Of a stretch of 64,000 nt of DNA, positions 1 to 9,533 are shown piece after piece; the first letter of the stretch is position 1, and every line of letters begins with the position of its first letter. The notes beneath the pieces were generated by a model that ran no database searches, was not told the DNA's origin, and saw only the letters and a list, made by a program, of their open reading frames with translations. The position numbers and the translations under genes are program-made. This DNA comes from a virus, in the IMG/VR virus record IMGVR_UViG_3300044846_003365, positions 15,719 through 79,718 of that record. The stretch is one strand, 5' to 3'.

Positions 1-954
1 AGTGGAGCTTGTTACTGCGGTTGGGGCCACGTCTGAGACAACCTTAGTGTAGCTAATGGTGTCAGAAGTCTTACTTAGAATTGTGTAAGTACCGTTGAAG
101 GTGCTGTCAACTCCAGAAACAACTACAGACTCGCCAACGATGAATCCGTGGTTAGCCTCAGTAGTAATTGTGGCAACGTTGGTAGTAACAGCCTTAGTTA
201 CTACGTTGTACTCAGGTGATACGTCTAGGTTAGTAACAGCTGTGTAGCCAGTGTCCTCGCTAGAGTCGTTAATACCGTCGTAGTTCCAAGTGTAGAATCC
301 GTTTAGACCTACTGGAGCCCATGAAGCACGTGCGTAGCTGTAAGGACGCTCTGCAGCAACTGGGAACTCCCAACGGCCGTCAGGTCCGTCTTCGAAGTTA
401 ACGTTTCCAAGGCCGTAACCTTCGAAAGTAGTTGCTAGCATGCCGTTCTCAATTACGCGGTCTCCAGACTGGCGTAGCTTTGCGTATGGGAATACCCAGT
501 GGAAGTAAGGAAGAGTCGAAGCTCTCTTACCATCCTTTACAGCAAATGACCAAGCCTCAATTGAAACACCGTTACCAGCAGGGTCGTCACCTACGGCTGG
601 GGCTGCCCAACCAATTGACTTGTTGTCTGGTGAACCAAATGTTCCAAGGTTCTTGCGTAGTAGTAGACCACCTGAAATTAGACCAGTTAGTTCTGGGTCT
701 GGCTCACAAATTGCAAGCTCCATGGTGATTCTCTTTAGTGTGTCTGGTGACTTGTAAGTTACGCAGACGGTTCCGTTAGCGGACTTTTCGGTGATTTCGT
801 CGCCCTCTTCATATTCTGGGGTGAACGAGACTCGCATGAAAGCAGAAGTTGTGTAACTGTCTCCAGGTCCGTTTAGTAGATTTCCTGCAGCGTCCAGACG
901 GGTGACACGAATCGACACACCCTGAATGCTTGCAGCATATTCCTGAGTAGCCAT
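1..954 (-). CDS. Major tail protein with appended C-terminal beta domain (runs off window start)
   Basis: Not in the ORF track; read manually from ATG at 954 with AGGAG RBS: MATQEYAASIQGVSIRVTRLDAAG...EYEEGDEITEKSANGTVCV...YFHWVFP. Resembles actinophage major tail proteins and follows the capsid genes. Confidence 0.8.
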   Translation of the reverse strand, partial: MATQEYAASIQGVSIRVTRLDAAGNLLNGPGDSYTTSAFMRVSFTPEYEEGDEITEKSANGTVCVTYKSPDTLKRITMELAICEPDPELTGLISGGLLLRKNLGTFGSPDNKSIGWAAPAVGDDPAGNGVSIEAWSFAVKDGKRASTLPYFHWVFPYAKLRQSGDRVIENGMLATTFEGYGLGNVNFEDGPDGRWEFPVAAERPYSYARASWAPVGLNGFYTWNYDGINDSSEDTGYTAVTNLDVSPEYNVVTKAVTTNVATITTEANHGFIVGESVVVSGVDSTFNGTYTILSKTSDTISYTKVVSDVAPTAVTSST

Positions 955-974
955 TTAGCTATTCTCCTTAGTGG

Positions 975-1850
975 TTAGGCTGTTAGGTCGACCCGAACAG
1001 CGAGGTGGATTGAAGTATCAAAGTAAACAGCCGCTGGGCGGATTGCCTTGATACGCATGTCATTCGCATTACCCGACACATCATACGCTTGCGCGAGATT
1101 GTCGTTCACGACATCAACATCGCCCACATAAGTGCGGACGGTGCCAGTGGCGTAAATCCATTTGTTGGCGTCAGTAGCAGATGCTCCTGTTGCGCCATCT
1201 GGTCCAGTACCTGAGTAACCAGAGCCAACAATAACAGGGGTGCCACCAAAAGTTTGTAGGTGGTCAGGGCCCTTGTTGTGAAAAAGCATGTTTGAACTAC
1301 TAGAAAGAAGAGCTGCTACGTCGCGAGTCATGTGAATGACACCCTGTTCGCCAGCCTGTGAAGCTAAAGCAATTTGATGCTCCAAAATAGCAAGTGCTCT
1401 ACGTGCGGTAACAGCTGTTCCGCTATTTAGCACTGTAGCAGTTGAAGATGAAAGAGCTTTATTTTCGTGAGTTTCACCTTTACGAACAGCTCCATCCCAC
1501 AACTCAGCTTCCATAGCTTTCTGAGTCATTCCTTCTAGCTGCTTTTTAATTCTTTCAATTCGGTCAATGCCGAGAAATCCTAGAGTAGAACGAGTCTCGT
1601 CTACTTCAATAAAAAATGGCTTAATTTCGTCGTAGTAATTTACGGTAGCGCCATTTACTAATACACCAGAAGTGGTGTCAGTGTCGTCCCAGTTTGTAAG
1701 ATACTCGACTGTGGTTTCGTATTCTTGGGAGAATCCTCTAATCCACTGGTCTTCGCCAGGAGCATTTTCAGGCTTTACGACGGCGAGTAGGCCAAAAGCC
1801 GATGGCACAATCTTCGGTGCTGTTACAACACCAGTCTTAGTGAAAGCCAT
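975..1850 (-). CDS. Putative major capsid pentamer protein (cluster-B-like)
   Basis: 291 aa lying between the major capsid and major tail genes; GVIHM...GTPVIVGSGY...WIYATG motifs recalled from cluster-B-type pentamer proteins. Confidence 0.6.
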   Translation of the reverse strand: MAFTKTGVVTAPKIVPSAFGLLAVVKPENAPGEDQWIRGFSQEYETTVEYLTNWDDTDTTSGVLVNGATVNYYDEIKPFFIEVDETRSTLGFLGIDRIERIKKQLEGMTQKAMEAELWDGAVRKGETHENKALSSSTATVLNSGTAVTARRALAILEHQIALASQAGEQGVIHMTRDVAALLSSSSNMLFHNKGPDHLQTFGGTPVIVGSGYSGTGPDGATGASATDANKWIYATGTVRTYVGDVDVVNDNLAQAYDVSGNANDMRIKAIRPAAVYFDTSIHLAVRVDLTA

Positions 1851-1886
1851 TTTAAAATCCTTATCTAAATCTTGAACCCCGTGTCA

Positions 1887-1910
1887 GGGGTGCCTATTGC
1901 TAGGCACCCC
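1887..1910 (-). terminator. Stem-loop between the hexamer and pentamer capsid genes
   Basis: Perfect 10-bp stem GGGGTGCCTA/TAGGCACCCC with a GCAA loop on the minus strand; no U-tail. Confidence 0.55.
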
Positions 1911-1928
1911 CTCAACGAGTGAGTAATT

Positions 1929-3965
1929 TTAGTACTCGATAGCGGCTGCGGTTGCTCCACCAGTGGTGTCGCGAAGTGCTGCAGCTACACCGTTGACCGA
2001 GATGGTCGAGGTAATCTTCAAGGACTCGATGCCAACCTTGGCAACGTTCTCGAAGGTCTCAATGAACATCTTGTAATCGTTGGTTCCAACCAGTGACGAG
2101 TCACGGATGATACCTAGGTCAAGAGTTCCACCATCTAGGAACAAGAATGTTCCCTCGGCAAATAGGAACCAGTCAAAGCTGTCTGGGAACTCAAGAAGAG
2201 CAGCAGTGCCCTGTGAGCCAAAGACAGTCGCGTCTAGAGAGGCTACTAGGTCAACGTTTAGGTTGGCTAGGTAACCGTTAATCTCTGCACGAGATACTGA
2301 TAGGGTTCCATCTCCTGGCATAGCTAGAGCTAGGTCAGCTGCCATAGCGTCGTATACCCAAGCTGGGATGATTGCCTTCAGGCGAGCCTGAGGGTCAATG
2401 CGGTGACGGCTACGGTAAGCAGTTGCTGCACGACGAATCTGGACTAGGAAGTCACGACCAAAACCGATTAGGGAAGTGGATGTAACAGCTGTCGAACCAG
2501 AACCGATGTTGGTCAGCAAGTTCTGCTCTGCCTCACGTGCGTGCTGTACTAGGGCTAGCTCGTTGTGACGGGCAATTAGCTCTGGGTAAGCACGAGTCAT
2601 AAGGTTACCGAACTGTAGCTGTAGAGTTACAGCGTCAGTTGACACTGTGTTCTCTGAAGCTGCGGTTACGGTTAGGCTTAGCTTTGAGGATGGGCTTGGT
2701 GTCTCAGCTGAGTCATTTGCAGCAGTCCAGATGCCAACAGCGTTAGCGTAGGAACCAGCAGCAAAGCTCGGTGGGGTCACAAAGCGGATTCCGCCACGGT
2801 CAGCCTGGAAGCGAGGCAATGCATCGCGAACAGGGCGGTCAGTGGTGGAACCGATTCCGAAGATGTCATACTTAACCTCGAATGGTGCAGCGTGTCCACC
2901 AGAAGCAACAAGTGCTTCCTGACCTACAACTGCATCAATCTTGGCTGAGTTTGCCTCGGCGTCGGTTGATAGAGTGCGCTCCTCTGGGAACGAGGTGGTT
3001 ACAGATGCAACAATGTGCTGCTCTCCGTCTCCTCCATTTACACGACGAAGCGAGTGGATGCGCTTTTCCATAGCCGAAGCTACTTCGTACATGTTCTTGA
3101 TTTCTGTGCCAGCTGTATATCCAGGAATGTCGGCTCCAGCGGTAATTGCTACCTTTACTGGCTCCGAAACCTGAATCACAGGCTGACGGTCAGCTGGAGC
3201 TTGGAAGCTCTCTTCTGCTGCGGCGGTCACGGTTGCCTGCTCTTCCTGCGCCTCTGGCGCGGTTGGGGTTTCTTCAATTGTTGACTCTTCTGCTTCAGCT
3301 GCGACTTCTTCTTGCTCTTCGCTAGCATCTGCAACGACTGGCTCTTCAGCCACAGGCTCCTCAACAGCAGGAGCTTCAGTCTCAACCTCAACGGCTGGAA
3401 CTTCTTCTTCTGTAGCTGGAGCGTCTTCAGTAACTTCTTCATCAGTTGAAGCTTCCTGAACAGTCTCGGTTTCAACAGCTAGTACTTCTTCAGTACTCTC
3501 TGCACTTTCTTCGGTTGAAAATTCGGAAATTTCCTCCGTAGCAATCGACGCGTCAACGGTCTCAGACTCGAATTTCTTCTTGTCTTCCTCGTCTTCTTTT
3601 TCTTCAGTCATAGCAGCCTCAGGTTTTTCCTCAGGCTCACCCTCTTCTGGCATTTCCTCTTCCGCTGGAACTTCTTCCATTGGAGTGTCCTCACCATCAG
3701 TGACCTCTTCGCCCTCACCCTTAACACGCATGGTTGCCTCAGCAGCTCGCGTAGCAAGCTCCTCAGCAGCAGCCTCGCGGTTCTGGACTTCGCTTTTAAC
3801 GGTGTCCAGCATGTCAGCAAGTGACGTCATAGCGTCAACCGTTTCCGGAGTAGGTTCCTCAGATTCGACCTTTTCAAATTCGCTAACGATATCTGCCTGA
3901 AGCTGAGCAACTTGCTCGTCGCTCAAGTCAGCCAGAGTATCTACCTGCGACTTAATTTGGTCCAC
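1929..3965 (-). CDS. Major capsid (hexamer) protein with acidic N-terminal scaffold-like region
   Basis: GTG start at 3965 after AGGAG; Glu-rich N-terminus; ALVASGG...RPVRDALPRFQADRGGI...TLDLGIIRDSSL...NDY C-terminal capsid region. Confidence 0.8.
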   Translation of the reverse strand: MDQIKSQVDTLADLSDEQVAQLQADIVSEFEKVESEEPTPETVDAMTSLADMLDTVKSEVQNREAAAEELATRAAEATMRVKGEGEEVTDGEDTPMEEVPAEEEMPEEGEPEEKPEAAMTEEKEDEEDKKKFESETVDASIATEEISEFSTEESAESTEEVLAVETETVQEASTDEEVTEDAPATEEEVPAVEVETEAPAVEEPVAEEPVVADASEEQEEVAAEAEESTIEETPTAPEAQEEQATVTAAAEESFQAPADRQPVIQVSEPVKVAITAGADIPGYTAGTEIKNMYEVASAMEKRIHSLRRVNGGDGEQHIVASVTTSFPEERTLSTDAEANSAKIDAVVGQEALVASGGHAAPFEVKYDIFGIGSTTDRPVRDALPRFQADRGGIRFVTPPSFAAGSYANAVGIWTAANDSAETPSPSSKLSLTVTAASENTVSTDAVTLQLQFGNLMTRAYPELIARHNELALVQHAREAEQNLLTNIGSGSTAVTSTSLIGFGRDFLVQIRRAATAYRSRHRIDPQARLKAIIPAWVYDAMAADLALAMPGDGTLSVSRAEINGYLANLNVDLVASLDATVFGSQGTAALLEFPDSFDWFLFAEGTFLFLDGGTLDLGIIRDSSLVGTNDYKMFIETFENVAKVGIESLKITSTISVNGVAAALRDTTGGATAAAIEY

Positions 3966-4106
3966 TGTTTCTCCTAACGGGACAGTTGTGTGGCGGTAGT
4001 TCCACCACATGCTGTGTCGGTATAAGGCAAAGGGACTGCACGCATAGAAGCGTGAGGCACTCCACCTATGAACTATTTTACAATAGTTTTTTTGTGTTTA
4101 TTATTA

Positions 4107-7100
4107 CTAAGTAAGAAGTCTCAGTAGCTTTGACATCTCGGAGGAAATCTCTCCCTGACTGTATAAGTCAGAGCCAGACTTGAACCCTCTAAGTGCCTCC
4201 GTAGCTACATCGGCGTCTTCCTTACCTATCTTGGCCTCTACCTTGGTAATCATGTCATCCATGAGGTCCCTTAGGGCAGGGGGTAAATCTGAGTAGCGAA
4301 TCTTCCTAGCTTGGTTGTTAAACCCAAGGGGGAGGTTAGCTATAACTTTTCCTAGCTCAGCAGCTGAGCTACGAACATTTTCCAGTGAAACCTTATTTAA
4401 GGCACCACTATCTAGTCTGTCTACTATACCTATTAGTTTATCTGCAGCTTCAGCAGATTTGTAGTAGTCACCTAGTTCGTGCAAGTTTTCTATGCTTTTG
4501 ACTTCTTCAACAATTTTCTGTAAACCAGCCGTGCCAAGGTTATTTTTAAGTCTGGCAAGAACTTTACGGAACTTGCCGTGCTCGTCGCGGGGCTGAGTTT
4601 TGGCGGTATAGATGCCAGTATCTTTCCTGCCGTCAGTGCCAACCCGCTCTTCTTCAGTAGGAGTTTCGCCGTTAACGATAGGTTCGCCCGTGTTAGGGTC
4701 AATTTCCTCTTCGTTAGCTAGCGACTCAACCTTGGTAGATTCAGCGCCAGCTTTCTTAGCTGGCGCTACTACTTTTTTTGGGTCAACGACCTCCTCAGGA
4801 GCAGCGTACCCGCCACTCGCAGAGACCGCATCAATTTTTGCTCGCATCGCATCTAGAGAAGCTGTAATGCTGTCTGAAGAAGCTGACTTCCAGTCCTGCG
4901 GAACCAAGTCGTACTTCTTTAGAGCACGTGCACGCTTGATAATATGCTTGCGCACTAGTGCACGCTTTTCTTTAGTAGTTCTTCCGTAAGACTGAATAGC
5001 ATTCTTCAAATCAGAAGCATTTCTAATTGGGAATGAGCCGTCTGGCAACGCCTGACCCTTCTTTGCCAAACGCTGACGCATCTGAGAAGAGATAAAAGCA
5101 AAGTCATCGTAGTCTGTAGAGAACTCCGCTTTAGCTTCTGCAAATTTTGCCTTAATTGCCTGTAGCTCATCTGACTTCTCGGCTAGAAGGTTAGCTGTCT
5201 CTAACTTATTTAGCCTGTCAGTAAGTTCTGTTACTGGGTCACTCTTCATCTTGGCTAGAGTCTGAGCACCAGCTGCAACTAGAGCCATAACAGCACCAGA
5301 AGCAACACGAGCACGAGCGATTGGGAAGCCTGGAACGTTTACCTGACATACAGCAACTAGCTCAAGTGAGCCACGGATTGGTCTCCAGTCTCCAGAAGGA
5401 GCTGAAGCACGTGCTGCACGTACCTGCTCAGGGCTAATGCTTGGACGTAGCGCACCAGCTACCCAAATTCCGTAAGAATCTTCTCCAGCGTGTACATCTG
5501 CAAAAGCTGAAGCAGTGTCGTCGTAGTGCTTGACAGCCTCAGAAGCAGAGGCTTCAAGAGAAGCGTGTCCTCCAGCTAGGGTTAAGTTTCCAACTGCAAC
5601 GTCTTCGCCAGTCTCAGTTCTGACTGCGCCAGTGTGAAAGTATGCGTAGTTAGAACGGCTACGTGGTGGCTTTACGCCTCTTGACATTCCAATGTGGTCA
5701 ACATTCCAAGCTGCAATGTGACCGAATACTCTACCGTCGTCGGTGATTGTTAGTGGGGTTGCCTTGTCTAGCTTAGGGTCCTCGAACCACTCTTTAGGTG
5801 GGTTAAGAGGTACGGAGCTAGCAATAATGCCACAAGCGACTAGGCTATCGGCATAGTTTGGGTCCACATCCTCAGCGTATACGCCGTCGGAAATCATGGG
5901 TTCCTCCTGATTAATCATAGTATCTTCCTCAAGATAAATCTTGCATTCTTGAAAAGCTGGCTTAGGTACTATTGTAATACCCATTACCCTAGCCTTATTT
6001 ATAACAATTTTGTCTTTACCTAAAGATTTGGAGTCTTCGTCAGTATCTGAAGCCTCGTTCTTGTGTTCGGTGGCCTCAAACTGGTCCATGTCGGCTGAAA
6101 TGCCTTTAATGAAATTGTTTTTAATTAGGCGCACAACTTCTTTGGCATTGGCTCCGCTATCAAAGTATCCGTAGGCATTGCCAATTCCATCTTCAGTTCT
6201 TTCCATGTGGTCGATTCGACCAACTACAACTGAGCCATCATGTCCAGAACTAGTCTTGACCTGCCACATTAGAGGTAGAGGAAGCTCTCTGAAGGAGATA
6301 GCTCCCTTCTTAAATTTTCTACCGTCTCCAGACTCGACTTCTTCTGGAATAACCAAAGGAATACTAAACTTTGGACCTAGCTCGCTTTCTGAGCTAGCAA
6401 CTAGCGATTCTTTGGTTATTGAAGACAGTATTTTATTGAATTTATTTCTAGCTTCGTTCTTCATAGCAATTTGACCAAACGAATCTAGTACCGCAGTTTC
6501 TGAACTAACAATCCCGTTGCTAAAAGTGGCGAATCCGCCCTTACGACGACCAAAAATTTGCCTGTGCTTAGCGTCTCCAGTCCAAAGACCAGTAACTTCC
6601 TTGTGCCTTAAGGCGCAATAACCTTTAGCCCTTGGACCTAAGTACTTTGACAGATTTCTAACGCATCTGGTCCAGTCTCCTGGAGTGCCCCATCTAATCT
6701 TTAGGGCACCCTCCCCACGAGTCCAGTAGCGACGAAGTTCCTCTGCGTTTCCACGGTTTCTGTCTGCGCCACCTGCCGCCAAAAGTGATTCTGAATCTGC
6801 CAAAAATTGGCTTTCTGCACGCTTAATTGACTCTGCATTTGGGCCCCATAGAACCATCAAAGCTTGGTCGTAGCTAGCTGAAGCTTGAACTCCGTCTACC
6901 TGTAGTAGAACGCTGTTCAATTCTTCACCCTGTAGGGCAACTACTGGCGGTGGGGTAGGAGACTTAAGGTCAGCCAATACTCCATCGTCTTTTACCCACT
7001 TCTTTTCGTTGCGAGCGTAAGCAACTGGTTCGTTACTCTTATTAGTCGCTGGGACAATACTTACAAGCTTAAGAACTGCACTAGGGTCATCTTGAGGAAC

Positions 7101-8789
7101 GATAGCGAAGTACATTGGCTCTACGTCAGATGTCTGAGGAGTTAGAGCTACTTCTTTTTGCTTACTTACTGGTGCTACAGTTTTTTCTTCTGCCTCTGCT
7201 GCAGAAACTACAGCAAAACTTTGAGCGTCTTTGTTATAGGCAGGCTTATTAGTAACTTGAGAAACTAAAGGATGAACTGGCGGGTAAGTTGTAGGCTTGC
7301 CTGGGTCCCAGTTGGCTGGGTACTGTAGGTAATCTTTTTTAACATAATCCATCTGAGGAAGATATGAAGCTCTTTGACTGTCAACCCATGCTCCCCAGTT
7401 TGTTAGAACTTGGCTTAAGTCGTCTGAAGTAAGAGCTGGCAAAGTTCCAGGAATCTGAGCCTGAGGCCTGTCAATAGGAGTTCTTGGCTCTCCTAAAATT
7501 CCAGAAGTGTCTAACGGCACCATATCAATAACGTCCTGCTGAGGAAGTGTGCCTATTGGGTCTTCCCCTTCTTGAAGCATCCTAATTTGAGAAGACGGGT
7601 AAGTTGCAGAGGTTCCGTCATCAAATTTCATAGTTACAGAATCGTTAGCTGAGTTAATGTTTGTAACTAATCCAACTCTGTTGTCAACAGTAGATGCACT
7701 TTTACCTGTTTTAGCAAATTTACCTGAGGCATCTCTAACTTGCTTAGAGGCATTTTGAGCTCTCTCTTCTGGGGTGTAGTTACCGTCTTGGCTGGCTGGT
7801 GGAGCTTCTGTAGCTGAAACTACAGCGTCTACTAGCTCCCAGTCTTCTTCAAATACTGCAGCGGAAGCCATCATGGCTTCTTCTTTATCTAGGTCAAAAA
7901 CTAAAACGTTAGAGAACGGTTCGTTCTGCATTCTGGCGCAAATGCTAATAGCAGATTCTGGGTCAATCTGAATGTGAGCTTTTTCGCAAGTGTCGCTTGG
8001 GTCGTCAAGCTCTCTGTCATAAGTCCAAACATCACCCTCGATGTGGCCCATGTTGTCCCAAGTTCCGTCGTCCCAGAGGTAGACATTTCCAGTAATGTCA
8101 ATTTTGTAGATTCTGTCAATGCCAGAACCATCTAGTCGAACGCGAGCCAAAAATTCTGGAGCAACGCTTTCGTCATAATCTTTTCCATACTTAAAAGAAT
8201 TTAGGTCAGCTTTGTAATCTTCTTCATAGCCAGCAGAACGTAGGGCTTTTTTATTTTCACGCTCTACAATTGCAGACGCCCAGCGCTTTGCGGCCTCTCC
8301 ACCCCAAAGTGCCCAAGCAATCCTTCCGTTAGATGGGAAGTTATCTTCTCCCATGTCCCAGCCCTTGCCTTTTTTATCTACTTCGTGGCGCGGGAAATAC
8401 TTTGCAATGTGGCGTATTTTTTCAATACCAATTTGGCCACCCTTAGCTAGTCTGCGTGCTGTGTTCAGACCAACTGGGGTTCCTCCACGCTTTTCTTCTT
8501 TACGCCACTTGAGGGCTTTAATCGCTTCAGCTTTTACTCCAGCTGGAATTGTGTACATACGTGCAGACGCCAATACTGGCTCTGGAGAGATAGTGCTAAA
8601 AGCTGACTCTACTAAGTTAAGGATTTCAGCATTAGGTTCGTAAGTTGGCTTGTCCCACTTGCGTCTGCTTTGTAGAGCCTTGCTTGGTCCAGCTTCTACT
8701 ACTAAGGTTAAGTCAGTGTCTACTACTATAGAGTGTTCGCCATTGGAAAACAGTGCTAGGGACTTTTGAAAACCTACAAATTTGAGCAT
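4107..8789 (-). CDS. Multidomain capsid maturation protease
   Basis: SGDGR..LPLPLMWQ..GHDGSVVVGRID protease motif; GRVFGHIAAW..PPRS..YAYFHTG and ALPDGSFPIRNASDLKNAI domains; directly upstream of the capsid gene. Confidence 0.75.
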   Translation of the reverse strand: MLKFVGFQKSLALFSNGEHSIVVDTDLTLVVEAGPSKALQSRRKWDKPTYEPNAEILNLVESAFSTISPEPVLASARMYTIPAGVKAEAIKALKWRKEEKRGGTPVGLNTARRLAKGGQIGIEKIRHIAKYFPRHEVDKKGKGWDMGEDNFPSNGRIAWALWGGEAAKRWASAIVERENKKALRSAGYEEDYKADLNSFKYGKDYDESVAPEFLARVRLDGSGIDRIYKIDITGNVYLWDDGTWDNMGHIEGDVWTYDRELDDPSDTCEKAHIQIDPESAISICARMQNEPFSNVLVFDLDKEEAMMASAAVFEEDWELVDAVVSATEAPPASQDGNYTPEERAQNASKQVRDASGKFAKTGKSASTVDNRVGLVTNINSANDSVTMKFDDGTSATYPSSQIRMLQEGEDPIGTLPQQDVIDMVPLDTSGILGEPRTPIDRPQAQIPGTLPALTSDDLSQVLTNWGAWVDSQRASYLPQMDYVKKDYLQYPANWDPGKPTTYPPVHPLVSQVTNKPAYNKDAQSFAVVSAAEAEEKTVAPVSKQKEVALTPQTSDVEPMYFAIVPQDDPSAVLKLVSIVPATNKSNEPVAYARNEKKWVKDDGVLADLKSPTPPPVVALQGEELNSVLLQVDGVQASASYDQALMVLWGPNAESIKRAESQFLADSESLLAAGGADRNRGNAEELRRYWTRGEGALKIRWGTPGDWTRCVRNLSKYLGPRAKGYCALRHKEVTGLWTGDAKHRQIFGRRKGGFATFSNGIVSSETAVLDSFGQIAMKNEARNKFNKILSSITKESLVASSESELGPKFSIPLVIPEEVESGDGRKFKKGAISFRELPLPLMWQVKTSSGHDGSVVVGRIDHMERTEDGIGNAYGYFDSGANAKEVVRLIKNNFIKGISADMDQFEATEHKNEASDTDEDSKSLGKDKIVINKARVMGITIVPKPAFQECKIYLEEDTMINQEEPMISDGVYAEDVDPNYADSLVACGIIASSVPLNPPKEWFEDPKLDKATPLTITDDGRVFGHIAAWNVDHIGMSRGVKPPRSRSNYAYFHTGAVRTETGEDVAVGNLTLAGGHASLEASASEAVKHYDDTASAFADVHAGEDSYGIWVAGALRPSISPEQVRAARASAPSGDWRPIRGSLELVAVCQVNVPGFPIARARVASGAVMALVAAGAQTLAKMKSDPVTELTDRLNKLETANLLAEKSDELQAIKAKFAEAKAEFSTDYDDFAFISSQMRQRLAKKGQALPDGSFPIRNASDLKNAIQSYGRTTKEKRALVRKHIIKRARALKKYDLVPQDWKSASSDSITASLDAMRAKIDAVSASGGYAAPEEVVDPKKVVAPAKKAGAESTKVESLANEEEIDPNTGEPIVNGETPTEEERVGTDGRKDTGIYTAKTQPRDEHGKFRKVLARLKNNLGTAGLQKIVEEVKSIENLHELGDYYKSAEAADKLIGIVDRLDSGALNKVSLENVRSSAAELGKVIANLPLGFNNQARKIRYSDLPPALRDLMDDMITKVEAKIGKEDADVATEALRGFKSGSDLYSQGEISSEMSKLLRLLT

Positions 8790-8857
8790 TAGTAGTTCCT
8801 TCTAACGTGTACCACTGGGAGACAAATAAACAACTTAAAACTCATTATAGTAGATTT

Positions 8858-9529
8858 TTAACCGTTTGATGTGTAGCTAAGGGCTTCTTCTACACTCATA
8901 GATGCATTTCTATCGTAGGTGTCTAAAAAGTCTTTAGCTCTTTCTAGGCTCAGTTCGGCAACAAATAAGTCTTCGTATTTTTCGTCAGACATGTCAGCCT
9001 TGGACCAGCCAGACTCCTGCCTAAAGTATGTGCCAGCTGAAGTCATGTAGATTACTTCCGTAATCATTCCAACATCTTCTCTATAGTAAACAACCATACT
9101 CTCAAAGAAAGGCAAGAATCCCCCCTGAGGCACGCTAGAGCCAAGCTGTTGCTCAATAACAGGGCGAGACTCTAGGCTGACTTTAGACTCTAAAACCTCT
9201 ACAGGCACTGGGACTTTGTACTTAGAAATCCAAGAACCGTCTTCTGAAACAAGCTTACGAATTAAGTAAACGTTAGTGTCGTCCTGAAATACGAGCTTGG
9301 TGGCAAACTCTCCAGCTGAGGCAACCTGAGACTTATCTAAGTCAAAGTACCTAATTCCGTTGCTGGAAGTTAGAACATAAGTCCCCTTACCTTCTTGGCT
9401 GTTGTCGTAGTAGACACCAATAATAGTTTCGTCAGACTCTTGAGCTCCAGACACAGAAAGTACGCCTAGAGTAGGAAACATAATTTCTACTGACTCGTCA
9501 GTTATCCTAAAGTTTTCTTTCTTGGGCAT
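8858..9529 (-). CDS. Hypothetical protein in the head module
   Basis: 223-aa ORF, co-oriented and tightly packed. Confidence 0.7.
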   Translation of the reverse strand: MPKKENFRITDESVEIMFPTLGVLSVSGAQESDETIIGVYYDNSQEGKGTYVLTSSNGIRYFDLDKSQVASAGEFATKLVFQDDTNVYLIRKLVSEDGSWISKYKVPVPVEVLESKVSLESRPVIEQQLGSSVPQGGFLPFFESMVVYYREDVGMITEVIYMTSAGTYFRQESGWSKADMSDEKYEDLFVAELSLERAKDFLDTYDRNASMSVEEALSYTSNG

Positions 9530-9533
9530 AACC

